Positions 1 through 12,050 of a stretch of 60,000 nucleotides of DNA are shown here, in pieces (the stretch's first letter is position 1; each line of letters begins with the position of its first letter). Origin of the DNA: Felis catus (lineage: Eukaryota); the NCBI RefSeq assembly GCF_018350175.1, contig NC_058383.1, forward strand, positions 7,318,001 through 7,378,000, written 5' to 3'. Made by a program: the position numbers and the translations under genes. The notes beneath the pieces were generated by a model that did not search any database, was not told the origin of the DNA, and saw only the letters and a list, made by a program, of their open reading frames with translations.

Positions 1-195
1 TACAACCACTGCACCAGAGTTTCCCCAGCCAGGATTTGAGTGCAGGCAGTCTAGATTCTATGCTGCTCACCTCTGTGCTTTAATATCTGATAGGGCTAAT
101 CTCCTCTCACTGAAATCTTTCTCTAGAGGAATTTCAAATCAGTATTGGAGGGTGTTGGGGTGTAAATAATTAATGCCTCTAGCCCTGTCCTCTTT

Positions 196-241
196 TTTTT
201 AATTAAAAGTTTTTTTATTTTAGGGGTGGGAGGGGCAGAGG

Positions 242-283
<42 letters not shown>

Positions 284-650
284 AAATCTTTTTTTTTTTA
301 TTATTTTTTTCACGTTTATTTACTTTTGAGACAGAGAGAGAGACAGAGCATGAACGGGGGAGGGTCAGAGAGAGAGAGGGAGATACAGAATCTGAAACAG
401 GCTCCAGGCTCTGAGCTGTCAGCACAGAGCCCGACGCGGGGCTCGAACACACGGACCGCGAGATCATGACCTGAGCCGAAGTCAGCTGCTTAACCCACTG
501 AGCCACCCAGGCGCCCCGAGGGAGAGAATCTTAAGCAGCCTCCATGCTCAGTGCAGAACCCAACACAGGGCTTGAACCCACAACCCCGAGACCATGACCT
601 AAGCTGAAACCAAGAGTGGGACGATCAGCTGATTGAGCCACCCAGGTACC
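196..650 (-). mobile_element. CanSINE with a younger CanSINE (about 290-517) nested inside
   Basis: Outer direct repeat ctagccctgtcct at about 179 and 652; inner element splits the outer one at gagagaa(a)atctt. Confidence 0.85.
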
Positions 651-1779
651 CCTAGCCCTGTCCTTTTAGGTGTAAATGCATACACTCAAATTTCTGATGA
701 ACATCTCTGCTCAGATGCCACACAGGTATGTCTAACATGTCTCAAGCTAAAGAAGCATTGTTCTCCCCACAACATGGTCTTTGAACTCCTGTGTTCTCTA
801 ATTTGCTTGGTGGTTTCACCCAAGTTCTTCCCACTCCCTTGCCCCTACACCAGCCTGATCACCAAGTCTTACCGGTTTTCTCTCTTGAACTCTTCCAGGG
901 TCTGGCTCTATCCCTCCACCCACAGTGCCACTGCATTAGATTGGCCTGGCCCACCTCTGGCACCTCTACCCCATACTTATGTATCTGCATGGCGAACTGT
1001 TTCATGTTGCCCCTGGGAGCAGAGGCTCTTGGGTGTGATTTACGAGGTTCTCTTCTCCCGTCTCCAGCCTCCTCCACAGCACGGAGCTGCTTAGAGTTCC
1101 CCCACTGCTTTCCCGTACCTGCGCGGACAGTGATGTCTTCACCACCCTCACCACTTGCCTGGCTAATTCTCTTATACTCTTTGAGACTTTTTGTAGTGTC
1201 ACTTCCTATGGGAAGCTCTCTGTGATTCCCCTCCAATGTCCTAGACTACCACAGTTCTTTCCAAATGAGGTAGTCACCCCCTTTCCTCTCCCTCTTCCAC
1301 TGAGTTCTTTGAAAGCAGGACCTACCCTTTATTTACATTTGTGTCTCCAATTGTAAGCCAGACCCTGGGGGTGCCTGGGTGGCTCAGTTGGTTAAGCATC
1401 TGACTGTGGCTCAGGTTATGATCTCATGGTTTGTGAGTTCAAGCCCTGCATCGGGCTCTGTGCTGACAGCTTGGAGCCTGGAGCCTGCTTTAGATTCTGT
1501 GTCTCCCTCTCTCTCTGCCCCTTCCCCACTTGTGCTGTTTCTCTCTCAAAATTAAATGAGTATTAAAAAAAAAATTATAAGCCAGACCCTGGAAGATAGG
1601 CCTTCAACCAACGCTTGCTGAGCTGAACCAACTTCCTTTCCCTTCTGTCCTCTTCTTACTCTTCCCAAGGCTGACCCTCCCCTCCCCACGAACCAAAAGG
1701 TAAGAATTGATGGGAAATCATTAAGTTAAGAGACAAAAACTATAAAATGATCAGATCTGTGGGGAGGGATTAGTCTGGA

Positions 1780-1930
1780 GCAGTGGTTCTCAAACTGGAT
1801 CACACACGGACACCACTTGATAAGACCTTGAGAAATGCAGATTCCCAAACCCAGACCTAGATCCCTGCAGGGATCTGCATTTTCTAACCTGCACCTGCAG
1901 TCATTCTGAGGTGGGTGGGTTCTGAGAATC
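1780..1930. mobile_element. MER5-like hAT MITE just past the PILR TM exon
   Basis: cagtggttctcaaact ... tctgagaatcact terminal inverted repeats with aaatgcagattc / atctgcatttt internal palindrome. Confidence 0.75.
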
Positions 1931-1977
1931 ACTCCAGTTGGGAAGGTTGGTGGGGAGCATGGCCCAGAAAAACTTAC

Positions 1978-2142
1978 CTTTGCTTCTCTTCCACCAGAGG
2001 TAGACAACCAGTCCCAAAATTGCAGTTTTGAACACAGCAATGGGCAGTGCCAACTTGACCACAGTTTCCATATTCATGTCCCTTGTGGTGGTGGTGATGA
2101 CAGTGGTGGTAGGGCCCTTGGTGATTGTGGTCATCTGGGCAG
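1978..2142 (-). CDS. PILRB: PILRB-like exon: Thr-rich stalk and transmembrane helix with Lys
   Basis: Acceptor tcttctcag before 2142, donor G|GTAAGT after 1978, 165 nt, phase 1; overlaps ORF 1901..2134; TM Lys codon at 2027-2029, followed by basic WWKRSK. Confidence 0.9.
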
Positions 2143-4992
2143 CTGAGAAGACACGAGAATTTAGCAGATTCCCCCTCAGAGGCCCGGAGGTATCTGGATG
2201 AAACTTAAATCTTGTTCCCTAGTGTGGGGAATATTGGGGGTGGGGAGCAACTCTCTGAAGCTCTCACACAGGATGGGGGTGATGAATCCACATCACTCAG
2301 TTTAAATCCTGACTCTACCTCTGATCAGTGGTGTGACCTCAGAACCTCATTTCATCCCTGACAAACAGGGATCACTAAATCCACAGGAACAAAAAATACT
2401 TTTTATTGTGAAATATACATAACAAGACTTACCATTTTAGCCATATATAAGTGTACAGTTAAGTGGCATTAAATTTCTTCATGTTCTTGTACAACTATCA
2501 CTGCTATCCTTCTCCAGAAGTTTTTAATTTTCCCAAAATGAAACTCTGTGTATCCGTTAGACACTCCTTACCCCCTGGCCCCACCACTGGCATCCACTGT
2601 TCTGTAGATGCTGCTTTTAGACAACAGGCTTGATAAATGGAAACTGATCAAGGCAAAATGACCCACATGGACTCCCTGGCTGAATCCAGACAGACCCATC
2701 AGGTGACCTCAAAATATCCATAGGCCCTAACTGACCAATGGGCTACACACAACCAGGCACAATGACCAAAAAAAGGGAAAATTCCATGTATCATCACACC
2801 TCCTCACCTTCCCCGCTTTTAAAACAGCTCCTACCTGTTGCCTTGCTGCAGACAACTTTTCTTCTTCTATCCTGCCTGCTGCTCCCTTTCACTGTAGTCA
2901 ATAAAACTTCTGTCACCTTTGTTCTGCCTTGGGTGAATCCTTTCACTTGCCTGGGCCACATACTTCCACTGATCATCCCCCCACATTTGGGAGCCCCCAT
3001 CTGATTGAAGAGACACCATGTTTTAGTCTGTCTATGATTTTGACTGCTCTAGGGACCGACCTCTTACAAGTGAAATCAAACAGTATTTGTCCTTTTTCAG
3101 GATTGTTCTAATCAATGAGAAAACATCTGTAAAGCACCTCTAATTTATATTGGAATGTATTGAATTTTTTTTAATGTTTTATTTATTTTTGAGGGAGAGA
3201 GAGAGAGACAGAGTACGAGCAGGGGAGGGTCAGAGAGAGGGAAAAACAGAATCCAAGGAAGTCTCCAGGCTCTGAGCTGTCAGCACAGAGCCCGACACGG
3301 GGCTCAAACTCACGAGCCATGAAATCATGACCTGCGCCAAAGTCAGACACAACCGACTGAGCCACCCAGGCGCTCCTGGAATGTATTTTTAAGGCTAAAT
3401 TAATATTTAAGACTTACAAACAGATTGTACCTTCTTTTAATGGACCATTAAAAAATTGATCAAATCCAAAGGAAAAAAATCCCATTTGAATAAAATCTTC
3501 AGGTTAGTGTGGACCAAATTCACTATTCACTCTTATTAGAAATGAAGAGTAAAAGGGTAAAATACCATTCCTCAGTTGAGAATTTAAAAATTTAAAAATT
3601 TCTTAATCAGGGGCGCCTGGGTGGCTCAGTTGGTTAAGCATCCGACTTCAGCTCAGGTCATGATCTCACAGTTCGTGGGTTCGAGCCCGGCGTTGGGCTT
3701 TGTGCTGACAGCTCAGAGCCTGGAGCCTGCTTCGGATTCTGTGTCTCCCTCTCCCTCTGTCACTCCCCCGCTCATTCTCTCTCTCTCTCTGTCTCAAAAA
3801 TAAACATTAAAAAAATTAAAAATTACTTAATCAAAGAAACATATAGAAGATAACATAATTACTTAATCAAAGAAACTGCCATGCTAGATAATATAAAAAC
3901 AATATTAATGCATATAAACGCTAAAGCTACACTCAAAGTTAAATTTATAGCATTAAATACTTCCATTATTTTAAATATGGAGACATTTTTTAAATGAATG
4001 AAATAGTTCCCAAAGAAAAAATACCAAAAACAGAGAGAAGCTGGCCTTCTCTGAGAAGGAAACAGAGGAAGAATGTAATGAGAAGCTATGTAGGAGTAAA
4101 TTTATGGGAAACAGGACGGCATTAGATGTAATAAATGTGGGCAGTGGTTATTTAGGGAAAAAACAAACAGGCAAACAGATGAAATTTTTCCAAACCTAAC
4201 AACAAAAAAGTGTTGAAACTATGAGTTAGTGTATGCTCCACTATAGACTGATAAATCTAAAAACCTCTCGGAAGTGGATGATTTTATAAAACAAACAAAA
4301 CATTTAAAAAATATGTTTAAGATGGGGGGGTGCCTGGGTGGCTTAGTTGGTTAAGCGTCTGACTTTGGCTCAGGTCATGATCTTGCGGTTTGTGAGTGTG
4401 AGCCCCATGTCGGGCTCTGTGCTGACAGCTCAGAGCCTGGAGCTGCTTCGGATCCTATATCTCCCTCTCTGTCTGCCCTTCCCTGCTCATGCTCTGTCTC
4501 TCAAAAATAAATAAATAAAATAAATAAATAAATGTTAAAAAAGATATGTTTAAGAAATAGCATAAAAACTTTAACTCATGACTAGTCAGAGATGAAATTA
4601 AGAACACTATTAATTCCCTTTTATAAAGATTCTAAGCTCAGGAAGTTTTATGGGTAAACTCTTGGAAAAAGTCAAGGAACAGATAATTCCTAAACAGAAG
4701 GTTTCAGAACACAGAGAAATGGAAAACTTTGAAACTCTTTCTTGAAATTTTTTAAATTAAAAAAAATATTTTAAGTTTATTTATTTTGAGACAGACAAAG
4801 ACAGAGTGAGTGGGGGAGGGGCAGAGGCAGAGGAAGAGAGAGAGAAAATCCCATGGAGGCTCCACACTGTCAGCACAGAGCCTGATGTGGGGCTTGAACT
4901 CAGGAAACCGTGAGATCATGACTTGAGCTGAAACCAAGAGTCAGATGCTTACCCCATTGAGCCACCCTGGCCCCCCTCAAATTTTTTTATTT

Positions 4993-5041
<49 letters not shown>

Positions 5042-5560
5042 TCTTAAGCAGGTTCCACACTCAGCATGAAGTCTGATATGGGGCTCAACGCAGGGCTAGA
5101 TCCCAAGACCCTGGGATCGTGACCTAAGTCCAAATCAAAATTTGGAAGCTCAACCAGCTGAGCCACCCTGGTGCCCCAAATTTTGCAATCCTATGTCACT
5201 TTGCAAATCTAAATCTTGTAATATGAGAATGCCGAGGTTATTCTCAATACTTTTTAAAAATGCAGATTAAAATAAGCCATTGGGGGTGTTGTTTACTTGC
5301 TTCTTTTTACTGATCCAAGTAGAGGGGCCCACCCAGTATTGGCACTACAGGAAAGTGGATAGGTTGGCACTGCATTTGGGAATATCTATCAAAATGCAAA
5401 ATGCCCAGGCATGCCCTTTGACCCAGTAATTTCAGTGCTAGGAATTTATCCTGTGGAAATACTGGACAAGTCTTCAAAGGCCTGTGTTTAAGGGTGTTCT
5501 TTGCAGCTTTGTATTGTGTCAACAACCTAAATGTCTTTTTTTTTTTAAACTTTATTTATT

Positions 5561-5604
<44 letters not shown>

Positions 5605-8600
5605 TGAGTGGGGGAGGGGCAGAGAGTGAGGGAGAGGAAGAGAATCCCAAACAGGCTCCCCACTGTGAGAACACAGCCTGACACAGGGCTCAAACCCACG
5701 AACCCTGAGACCATGGCCTGAACCGAAGTTGGACCCTCACCTGGCTGAGCCACCCAGGCACCCCCAACCTAAATGTCTTTAAATAGGAAACTGAATAAGT
5801 ACATTATGATACATTACCGAAAGGGGACGCCCTGCAGCCTTTTTTAAAAAGGCATAACTGGGGGGCATTGGGTGACTCAGTCACTTGAGCCTCACACTCT
5901 TAATTTCAGCTTAGGTCAGGATGTCATGGTCGGTCCTGAGATCAAGTGCCATGTTGGACTCCATGCTGAGGGTGGAACTTGCTCAGGGTTCTCTTTCTCC
6001 TTCTCTCTGCCCCTTCCCCGCTCACACTCTTTATCTCAAAATAAATAAATAAACATTAAAAACACATTTATTTTTATTACTTTCCTATATATTTTTTTTA
6101 ATTTTTTTTTCAACGTTTATTTATTTTTGGGACAGAGAGAGACAGAGCATGAACGGGCGAGGGGCAGAGAGAGAGGGAGACACAGAATCGGAAACAGGCT
6201 CCAGGCTCTGAGCCATCAGCCCAGAGCCTGACGCGGGGCTCGAACTCACGGACCGCGAGATCGTGACCTGGCTGAAGTCAGACGCTTAACCGACTGCGCC
6301 ACACAGGCGCCCCCCTATATTTTTTAATATGAGCATGAATATCCAATTAATTGTATTAATTAAAAAAATAATTTATTGGGGTGCCTGGGTGGCTCAGTCG
6401 GTTAACCTTCCGACTTTGGTTCAGGTCATGATCTCACAGTTCATGAGTTCGAGCCCCATATGGGGCTCTGTGCTGACAGCTCACAGCCTGCAGCCTGCTT
6501 CAGATTCTGTGTTTCCCTCTCTCTCTGCCCCTCCCCTGCTTACGCTCTCTCTCTCTCAAAACGAAATAAACATTAAAAAAATTTTTTTTAAAGAAAAATT
6601 AATTTATTGATGAAAAATTCATAGTAAATGTGACCGAACTGAGAAATGAGGAAAGTTAGGAGGATGAGGGAAGGAGGACGAGGGGTCTGGGGAGAGGGAA
6701 ACCTCTCAAAAAAGGCCATTTAAGGGAATATGGAGGAGGTGCCAGAAATAGAAATCCAACGCTGTCTTGCTAAATTCAGGTTGTGAGCCACTTTCTATTT
6801 GCTCTGAAACCAGCACGGTGGCCAGATGGGACAGTGGTTTACCAAGGGTGGGGGCACGGAGAGTGTCCTTCCACCCAGGAGCAGTGATACGTTGTTAGAA
6901 TTGTCAGTGCAAGTGATTATAAAGAGAAGACGTGGGATTTTTAGTTTTTAAGGAATTTTCTACAGATAATATTCTACAGACAGTGCATCCCCTAGTGCCT
7001 GCTCCTGGGAAGGGCTCCCTCCCCAACTGCTCTGGAGACCGACAAACCTAGGTTCAAGTTCCCAAGGCCTGCTGGGTAACATGGGAAGATCTGCTGCTGT
7101 AACACATCCCGTTCCTGGGTTAAAATAGGTGAAGACAACAATAGGATCAGGTCAGCTGTGAAGCTGCGCAGCTACTAGGTTAAGAGTGGAGGCTCGGGGG
7201 TGAAACGGGGTTCAAGTCCTGCCTGCGCCATGAGTGTGGCTCTGGGCAGGCGTTTAGGCTCTTTGAGCCTCAGTTTCCCTATCTGTAACAAGAAGATAAG
7301 AGCAGTGCCTACTGTTACTGTGGGGTCGCGGGGAAGGTTGTTAACCAGGATGACGTACACCTAGTTGTTCAACCTGACACAGTGCATGGTAAGCGGCAGC
7401 CGCCATATTTCTGCTGTAGATGGCATGTCTCAAAGGCCAGGATGGAGGAGCGAGATCTGAGCGGACAGTGGGGACGGTGCAGGCAGAGGTGGGGACCAGG
7501 GGTGGGGGGAGGCAAGGAGGGTAAAGAGGATGGAGGCAGGGGAAGAGGGGGATGGGAAAGGAGAGGAGGGAAGGGGCTGGGGCAGGGAGCATCGTGGGCC
7601 AGGTTCCGAGGAGCAGAGCAGGAGAAGGAGGCAGGGGGGACTGGGAAAAGAGGTAATGGGGCGTGGCCAGGGGACAGGGGTCTTGGGTCATGATTGGGTA
7701 CCTGCTGTGTGTGCTGGGTTGAGCCCGCGACTGTGGGGAGACACAAGACTGGGGGCTGGCAGGGGCTACTCACAGGGACACAGGACAAAGGGAAGGCAGA
7801 CCACGCCCTGAAGAAGTCAAGTCCACCTGGACAGCGTGGGGTGAGGGGAGGGAGGCAAGACTGGAGGTCAGCTTGAAGCAAGAAGGGAGGATTTCTGGGC
7901 AGCCTGTAAGGTGCTGAGGCTGGGGGAGTGGGGTGGGGACTGGCTCCGGAGGGGGCAGGGAGGGGGATGGGCAAGGAAGGCAGCCCAGGTTTGGGGAGAT
8001 CCAGCAGAAAGAGTAAAGTTGGCAGAGGCCTGGGGAGGGGAAAGGGGTGGGGAGAGGAGTTTGAGAGAAGGGGTAAGCAGGAAGATTGGGGCCTGGGCCA
8101 GGCCTGGGGGATGAGGGCACCATGCAGGGTGGGTGTGGTGGCTGCCGGGCAGCTGGACTCACCGTCTGTAATGGTGAGTTTGGTCCCTGGGATGGACTGC
8201 CACACCTGTTTGCCGTCTCTTAGCGTTTCCACTTGGACCCGGCAAAAGTACCTATTCTCATCTTCTTTCCGCAGGTTCCGTATACACAGGGTGCCGGAGT
8301 TCTGACCCTCTCTCAAGTCCAGGGAGATCCGGTTCTTGTAATCCTTATGGATAAAACGCTTCGTACTGTTGTAGATGACCTCTCCAGGGAAGTCTGTCCT
8401 TCTGACGGCTATACTCAGTCTGGGATCCTTGGCTAACTCCCAGCAGTGGAAGTAGGAGAAAGAGATGCAGGTGGAACCACCCTCGGGGGCTGAGAGAGAT
8501 GCTGGTTGGTTGACCCCAAAGTCAGTGTTTGGATTGCATTCTTTTGAGCTGCCTGGAGGAGAGAGAGGAGAGACTTTGAGCCACTGGGAGAGATGAGGAC

Positions 8601-8929
8601 GATGACCCTAGACCTTCTGGCACCCTCGCTCACAGAGCACACCAAGTGTGACAGATGGCAGGACCGGCCCTCTGGCCTGGGTGTCCCCCTTGCCGGGCTT
8701 GGGGTAGGGAGGAGGGTGAAGGGTTGGGGAGGACCTGGCACCATGGGACCAGCCCGCTGGAGCTGGGAGGCCTGGCCGGCTACCCCAGCAGACTCCTTCT
8801 CCAGCTGCCCAGCCACAGCCCTTCCTGGGGACTCCTGGCCCTCGGGGCAGAGCCAGGGTGTCCTGGACACTCACCAGCCTGCAGAGATGCCGGCAGCAGC
8901 AGCAGGGACAGCAGCAGGGACGGACCCAT
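1978..8929 (-). CDS. PILRB: Paired immunoglobulin-like type 2 receptor beta-like (activating PILR), spliced: join(8875-8929, 8163-8552, 1978-2142); 3' end incomplete
   Basis: Three phase-1 exons with canonical AG/GT ends splice into one open frame: MGPSLLLSLLLLPASLQAG-SSKECNPNTDFGVNQPASLSAPEGGSTCISFSYFHCWELAKDPRLSIAVRRTDFPGEVIYNSTKRFIHKDYKNRISLDLREGQNSGTLCIRNLRKEDENRYFCRVQVETLRDGKQVWQSIPGTKLTITD-AAQMTTITKGPTTTVITTTTRDMNMETVVKLALPIAVFKTAILGLVVYLWWKRSKG. WEL, IHKDY.NR, YFCRV, WQSI.GTKL.IT and the TM AVFKTAILGL..WW match PILR as recalled; the TM Lys indicates the beta type. Exact orthology within the PILR cluster is uncertain. Confidence 0.9.
2590..2990 (+). mobile_element. Probable solo LTR in the PILR intron
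   Basis: CCAAT (2735), TATA-like ttttaaaa, AATAAA (2900) and a gtgaatcctttc U5-like end, nested in an L1 3' remnant. Confidence 0.45.
6088..6314 (-). mobile_element. Young feline-type CanSINE
   Basis: CpG-rich, near-identical to the copies at 32098, 47926, 50577 and 58561. Confidence 0.9.
8163..8552 (-). CDS. PILRB: PILRB-like exon: Ig V-set domain
   Basis: Polypyrimidine tract ...ctctctcctccag acceptor before 8552; 390-nt stop-free frame; donor G|GTGAGT after 8163. Its 3' part is the N-terminus of ORF 7369..8316. Confidence 0.93.
8875..8929 (-). CDS. PILRB: PILRB-like exon: signal peptide (MGPSLLLSLLLLPASLQA)
   Basis: ATG at 8929 in ACCATGG Kozak context, Leu-rich signal peptide, donor G|GTGAGT after 8875; 55 nt, phase 1. 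Confidence 0.9.
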
Positions 8930-9108
8930 GGTCTCACTCTCCTCCCAGGAGAGGAGAAGCCAAGCAGCTCTGTCAAGGCCAGAGGGCAGGCCCTACAGAC
9001 ATGCCTCCTCGGGGAGTCCAGAGGAACGTGGAAAGCGTGGATCAGGTTCCTTCGGAAGAGCAAGGGAGGGTGAGCTTCCCCAAACTCGCGGGCCCCCGGA
9101 GTACCCAG

Positions 9109-9122
9109 CACTTCCTTTATCA
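9109..9122 (-). promoter_or_regulatory. Candidate PU.1/ETS site (AAAGGAAGTG) overlapping a GATA motif, about 180 bp upstream of the PILR ATG
   Basis: Minus strand reads GATAAAGGAAGTG; position and the myeloid expression of PILR genes fit, but this is a motif match only. Confidence 0.4.
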
Positions 9123-11545
9123 ATCTGGTTTCTTCTTTTTCTACATTGCAAAAGCGCCTCCTTTGTGGTCAGTGCACAGGAGCCGTGAGAAAGGCCCCCA
9201 ACTTCTTTCTTCACATGGAGGGCCATAGTTCATGGCCTTTCTTCACATGGCCATGGTTCATGGTTCTTTCTTCACAAGGCCACCCCACACCTTGGCCATC
9301 TGTGGCCTCGCCTCTCCCATCTCAGCTCCTGGCCACCTCTCCTCAGGAGTCAGTCTCTGTCTCTCTACCTCTCCTTCTTACTGGCTCTCTGTGCATCTTC
9401 TGGCCTCTGTCTGTCGTCCAGGTGAAGGGGCTGCAGCAGAACCAGCTTTGGCTTTTCCAGCCAGAGGACAGGCAGCCATGAGTCTCTGCCCAGCTAACGC
9501 CTCCCCAGAGGAAGGAGGAGGGACCCACTGGTGATCAGATGGCCTCGACCCCAGCACCAGGCACCAAGGACACCCAACTTGCACCTGGCCGCTCTCCCTC
9601 CCAGCAGGGGTTCCCCTGCCCAGGACCCAGGCCTACCAGGCTCCTTCCCCTCCCCTGGTCAGCTCCTTTTGTGCAGTCTCACACCATTCCTGGGGTTAAG
9701 AGGTGAGGGTGGGCCTTCTGGAGCCCATGCCCTGACCCACAGGAGGCAAGACTGGATCGGTAGGCCCCTCTGTCCTCCACTCCACAGATGAGGAGACCAA
9801 GGGCTCAGAGAAGCCCTGCCTCAGGTCAGTGACCCTTGAGGCAGGTCCAGGACTCAAACTCCAGTCTCGCTGAGTCCACAGAGCCTTCTGCTCCTTCTGG
9901 ATGCTCCCACCAAGTTGCACCACACAACCTTGGGCCTTGGCTCCCTTCTGGAGGGTAAGCCCCAGGAGGCTGTATTTTTATAATGCTCCTTAGGTCATTC
10001 CCTCCACAGCTGTGAGAGCCCTGGCTAATTGGGGGCCTTCCTTGACCAGGGGGGGAAATAAGGCCCAGAGTAGTAATGAGTCACCCTCAGGATGGTCCCT
10101 GGACCGTCTCCAATCGAGGGCACTGCCAGCCTGTGACTGCTGGTGGGTGGGGACGAGATACTGGGGCTGAGACCATTGGTGACTCTCTGTGCTGGTTAGG
10201 AGGCTCAGCTCCCTCCCTCCTCAGAATGAGGTTGGCATTGGCTTACTCAGTAGATGGTGGGGATTGGAGAACATGATTTCATCACAGGAAGTGGCCCCAT
10301 CTTCTGGAGGCCGAAGCAAGAAGACCAGTTTCCTTTCTCAGTTGCTTCCTCAGTCCTAATTTTCCCCCACGCTTCTCCCAGGGCCTTCCAGGCAGCCCCT
10401 GCCCTGTCCCTGTGTCTGCATTTCTTATACCTCCTCCCAGGCCCCAGGAGACAGGTTCTGCATTTTCATGGAATCCCCTTCTCTGAGCCAGGCCCTACAC
10501 ATCCATTGCCTCATTTTCAGCCCTACAACATTGGGTGGTGGATTTGTTGTTTTTCTATTTTCACCATCAGGAAACTGAGGCACCATCAGGAAGCAGCCTT
10601 AATGTCATGGAGTCCACTGGGCTGTGAAAGACGTTTAGGTGAATGGTGACAGCTGGAAAGGTGGACAGAAGAGAGGACAAAGGACCGACTGCCTTTTTGG
10701 CAGTTCCTCTAGAGGGTGGCCTGCCCTGAGGGGTGACACCTGAATTTTATTCCCACCTTACCTCCCTGGCTGTGGAATCTGGCTGGACAGTCTCTTCTTT
10801 GCCAGGTCACCCAAGGAGGGGGCTGGACCCCACTAGGGGGTGCCCCAGCCCCTTCTGTTGGGCAGCGTGCCATGTTTACTCAACAGGCTCTGGGTCACTT
10901 TGGCAGAGTACCTGTCGCCTGGGTGCCTCAGGCCCTGCCTCTCCCATATACAATCTCCCTAGATGCAAGCTGCACATTCCATGTCATGTTCAAGCCCCTG
11001 GCCCCAGTAGGATCCCTATGACACTTGAAATTAGGAGACATGATTTCTGCTCACAGATGGTGTGTGGTCTTTGTGTTTGTTCATCCTCCCTGTCCAGGTA
11101 GCATCCTCCCTGTCCTGGATGGGCAGAGCCTAAATGCAGCCTTTTAGCCCAGGGGGTGGCTGTGGGGGAGGGGTCAGGAGTGTGATCAGAAGCAGGGACA
11201 GAGTGAGGACTATGAGCTGTGGATCACAATTTGAGAATACGGCCTTAGATCTTCCTCCAAGTTCTACTAAGTTTCTGTTCTCCCTTCTTCATTGGCCACA
11301 TCTGTCACTGTTCCAGTCCCTTCCCCATCCATGGCACCTCACCCTGCTCCTCTTTTCCCCCCAAGATCAGGAGTAAGGCAAAGAGGTCTGCTCTCACTGC
11401 CCCCATTCATTGTGATGGACATTCCAGCTCATGCAATAAGGCAAGACAAATAGGTAAAATTGTTCTGTGTTTTCTGAGAATCTGTATTTATGTATTTGGC
11501 ATTCATTCATCACATGGCAATTGTATTAACTTTTTTTTTTTTTTT

Positions 11546-12050
11546 AATTGTCTGCATTCTTGATGCTCTGGCACTTGTGGCCTTGCTGACTGGGAAGAGA
11601 TGGCCCCTCCCAAGGCTAGCCTATTCTTAGAACTTGCAAAGGGCTGTCCTAGGAGCATGTCTCTCATATACAAACTAACCCATGGGGCCCATACTCTAAA
11701 CCACTTCTTTTATCTAACTTTCACACACCAGGCCAATATTTCTTCTGCCCTGAGTCAACCCTGTGCTGGATTCCAGGCAACTAGCGATAGCAGTTGTAGC
11801 CCAAAGCCCACCAATCCTAAGCTGTTTCCCCTTCTTTGCCATGTCTTGCCTGGTGAAAACACGATTAAGTCTGTGGTCTATGCTTTCTGCTTGTTCTTGC
11901 CTCTACCTCCTCTAGTGTTTCCCCAGGTGGCCCTCTAATGACATGGCATTTTCCCTTCTCTTAGGAAATAAAAATTATAGAAAATTTCCTTCAATGGCAT
12001 TAGCTCTGTGTCATCACTCAGTCACCTCTACAATTAAAATCTTGCATGTA
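11546..12050 (+). mobile_element. Solo LTR, ERVL class (MER74/MER73-like)
   Basis: Motif ttcttgatgctctggcac..gccttgctgac..cccctcccaaggctagc..ttcttagaac; family name from recall. Confidence 0.6.

Noticed and set aside
859..1236. Possible PILR terminal exon via the cgcag acceptor near 1118
   Set aside because: Weak polypyrimidine tract, no similarity to PILR tails, and the region looks like old L2-type repeat.
1367..1440. tRNA-like A/B box sequences
   Set aside because: tRNA-derived SINE heads, not functional tRNA genes.
7369..8162. Pro-rich C-terminal 260 aa of ORF 7369..8316
   Set aside because: Read-through past the GTGAGT donor into C-rich intron; only 8163-8316 is real coding sequence.
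8593..9228. Overlapping 150-210 aa ORFs around the PILR 5' end
   Set aside because: GC-rich antisense or off-frame ORFs with no domain signal.
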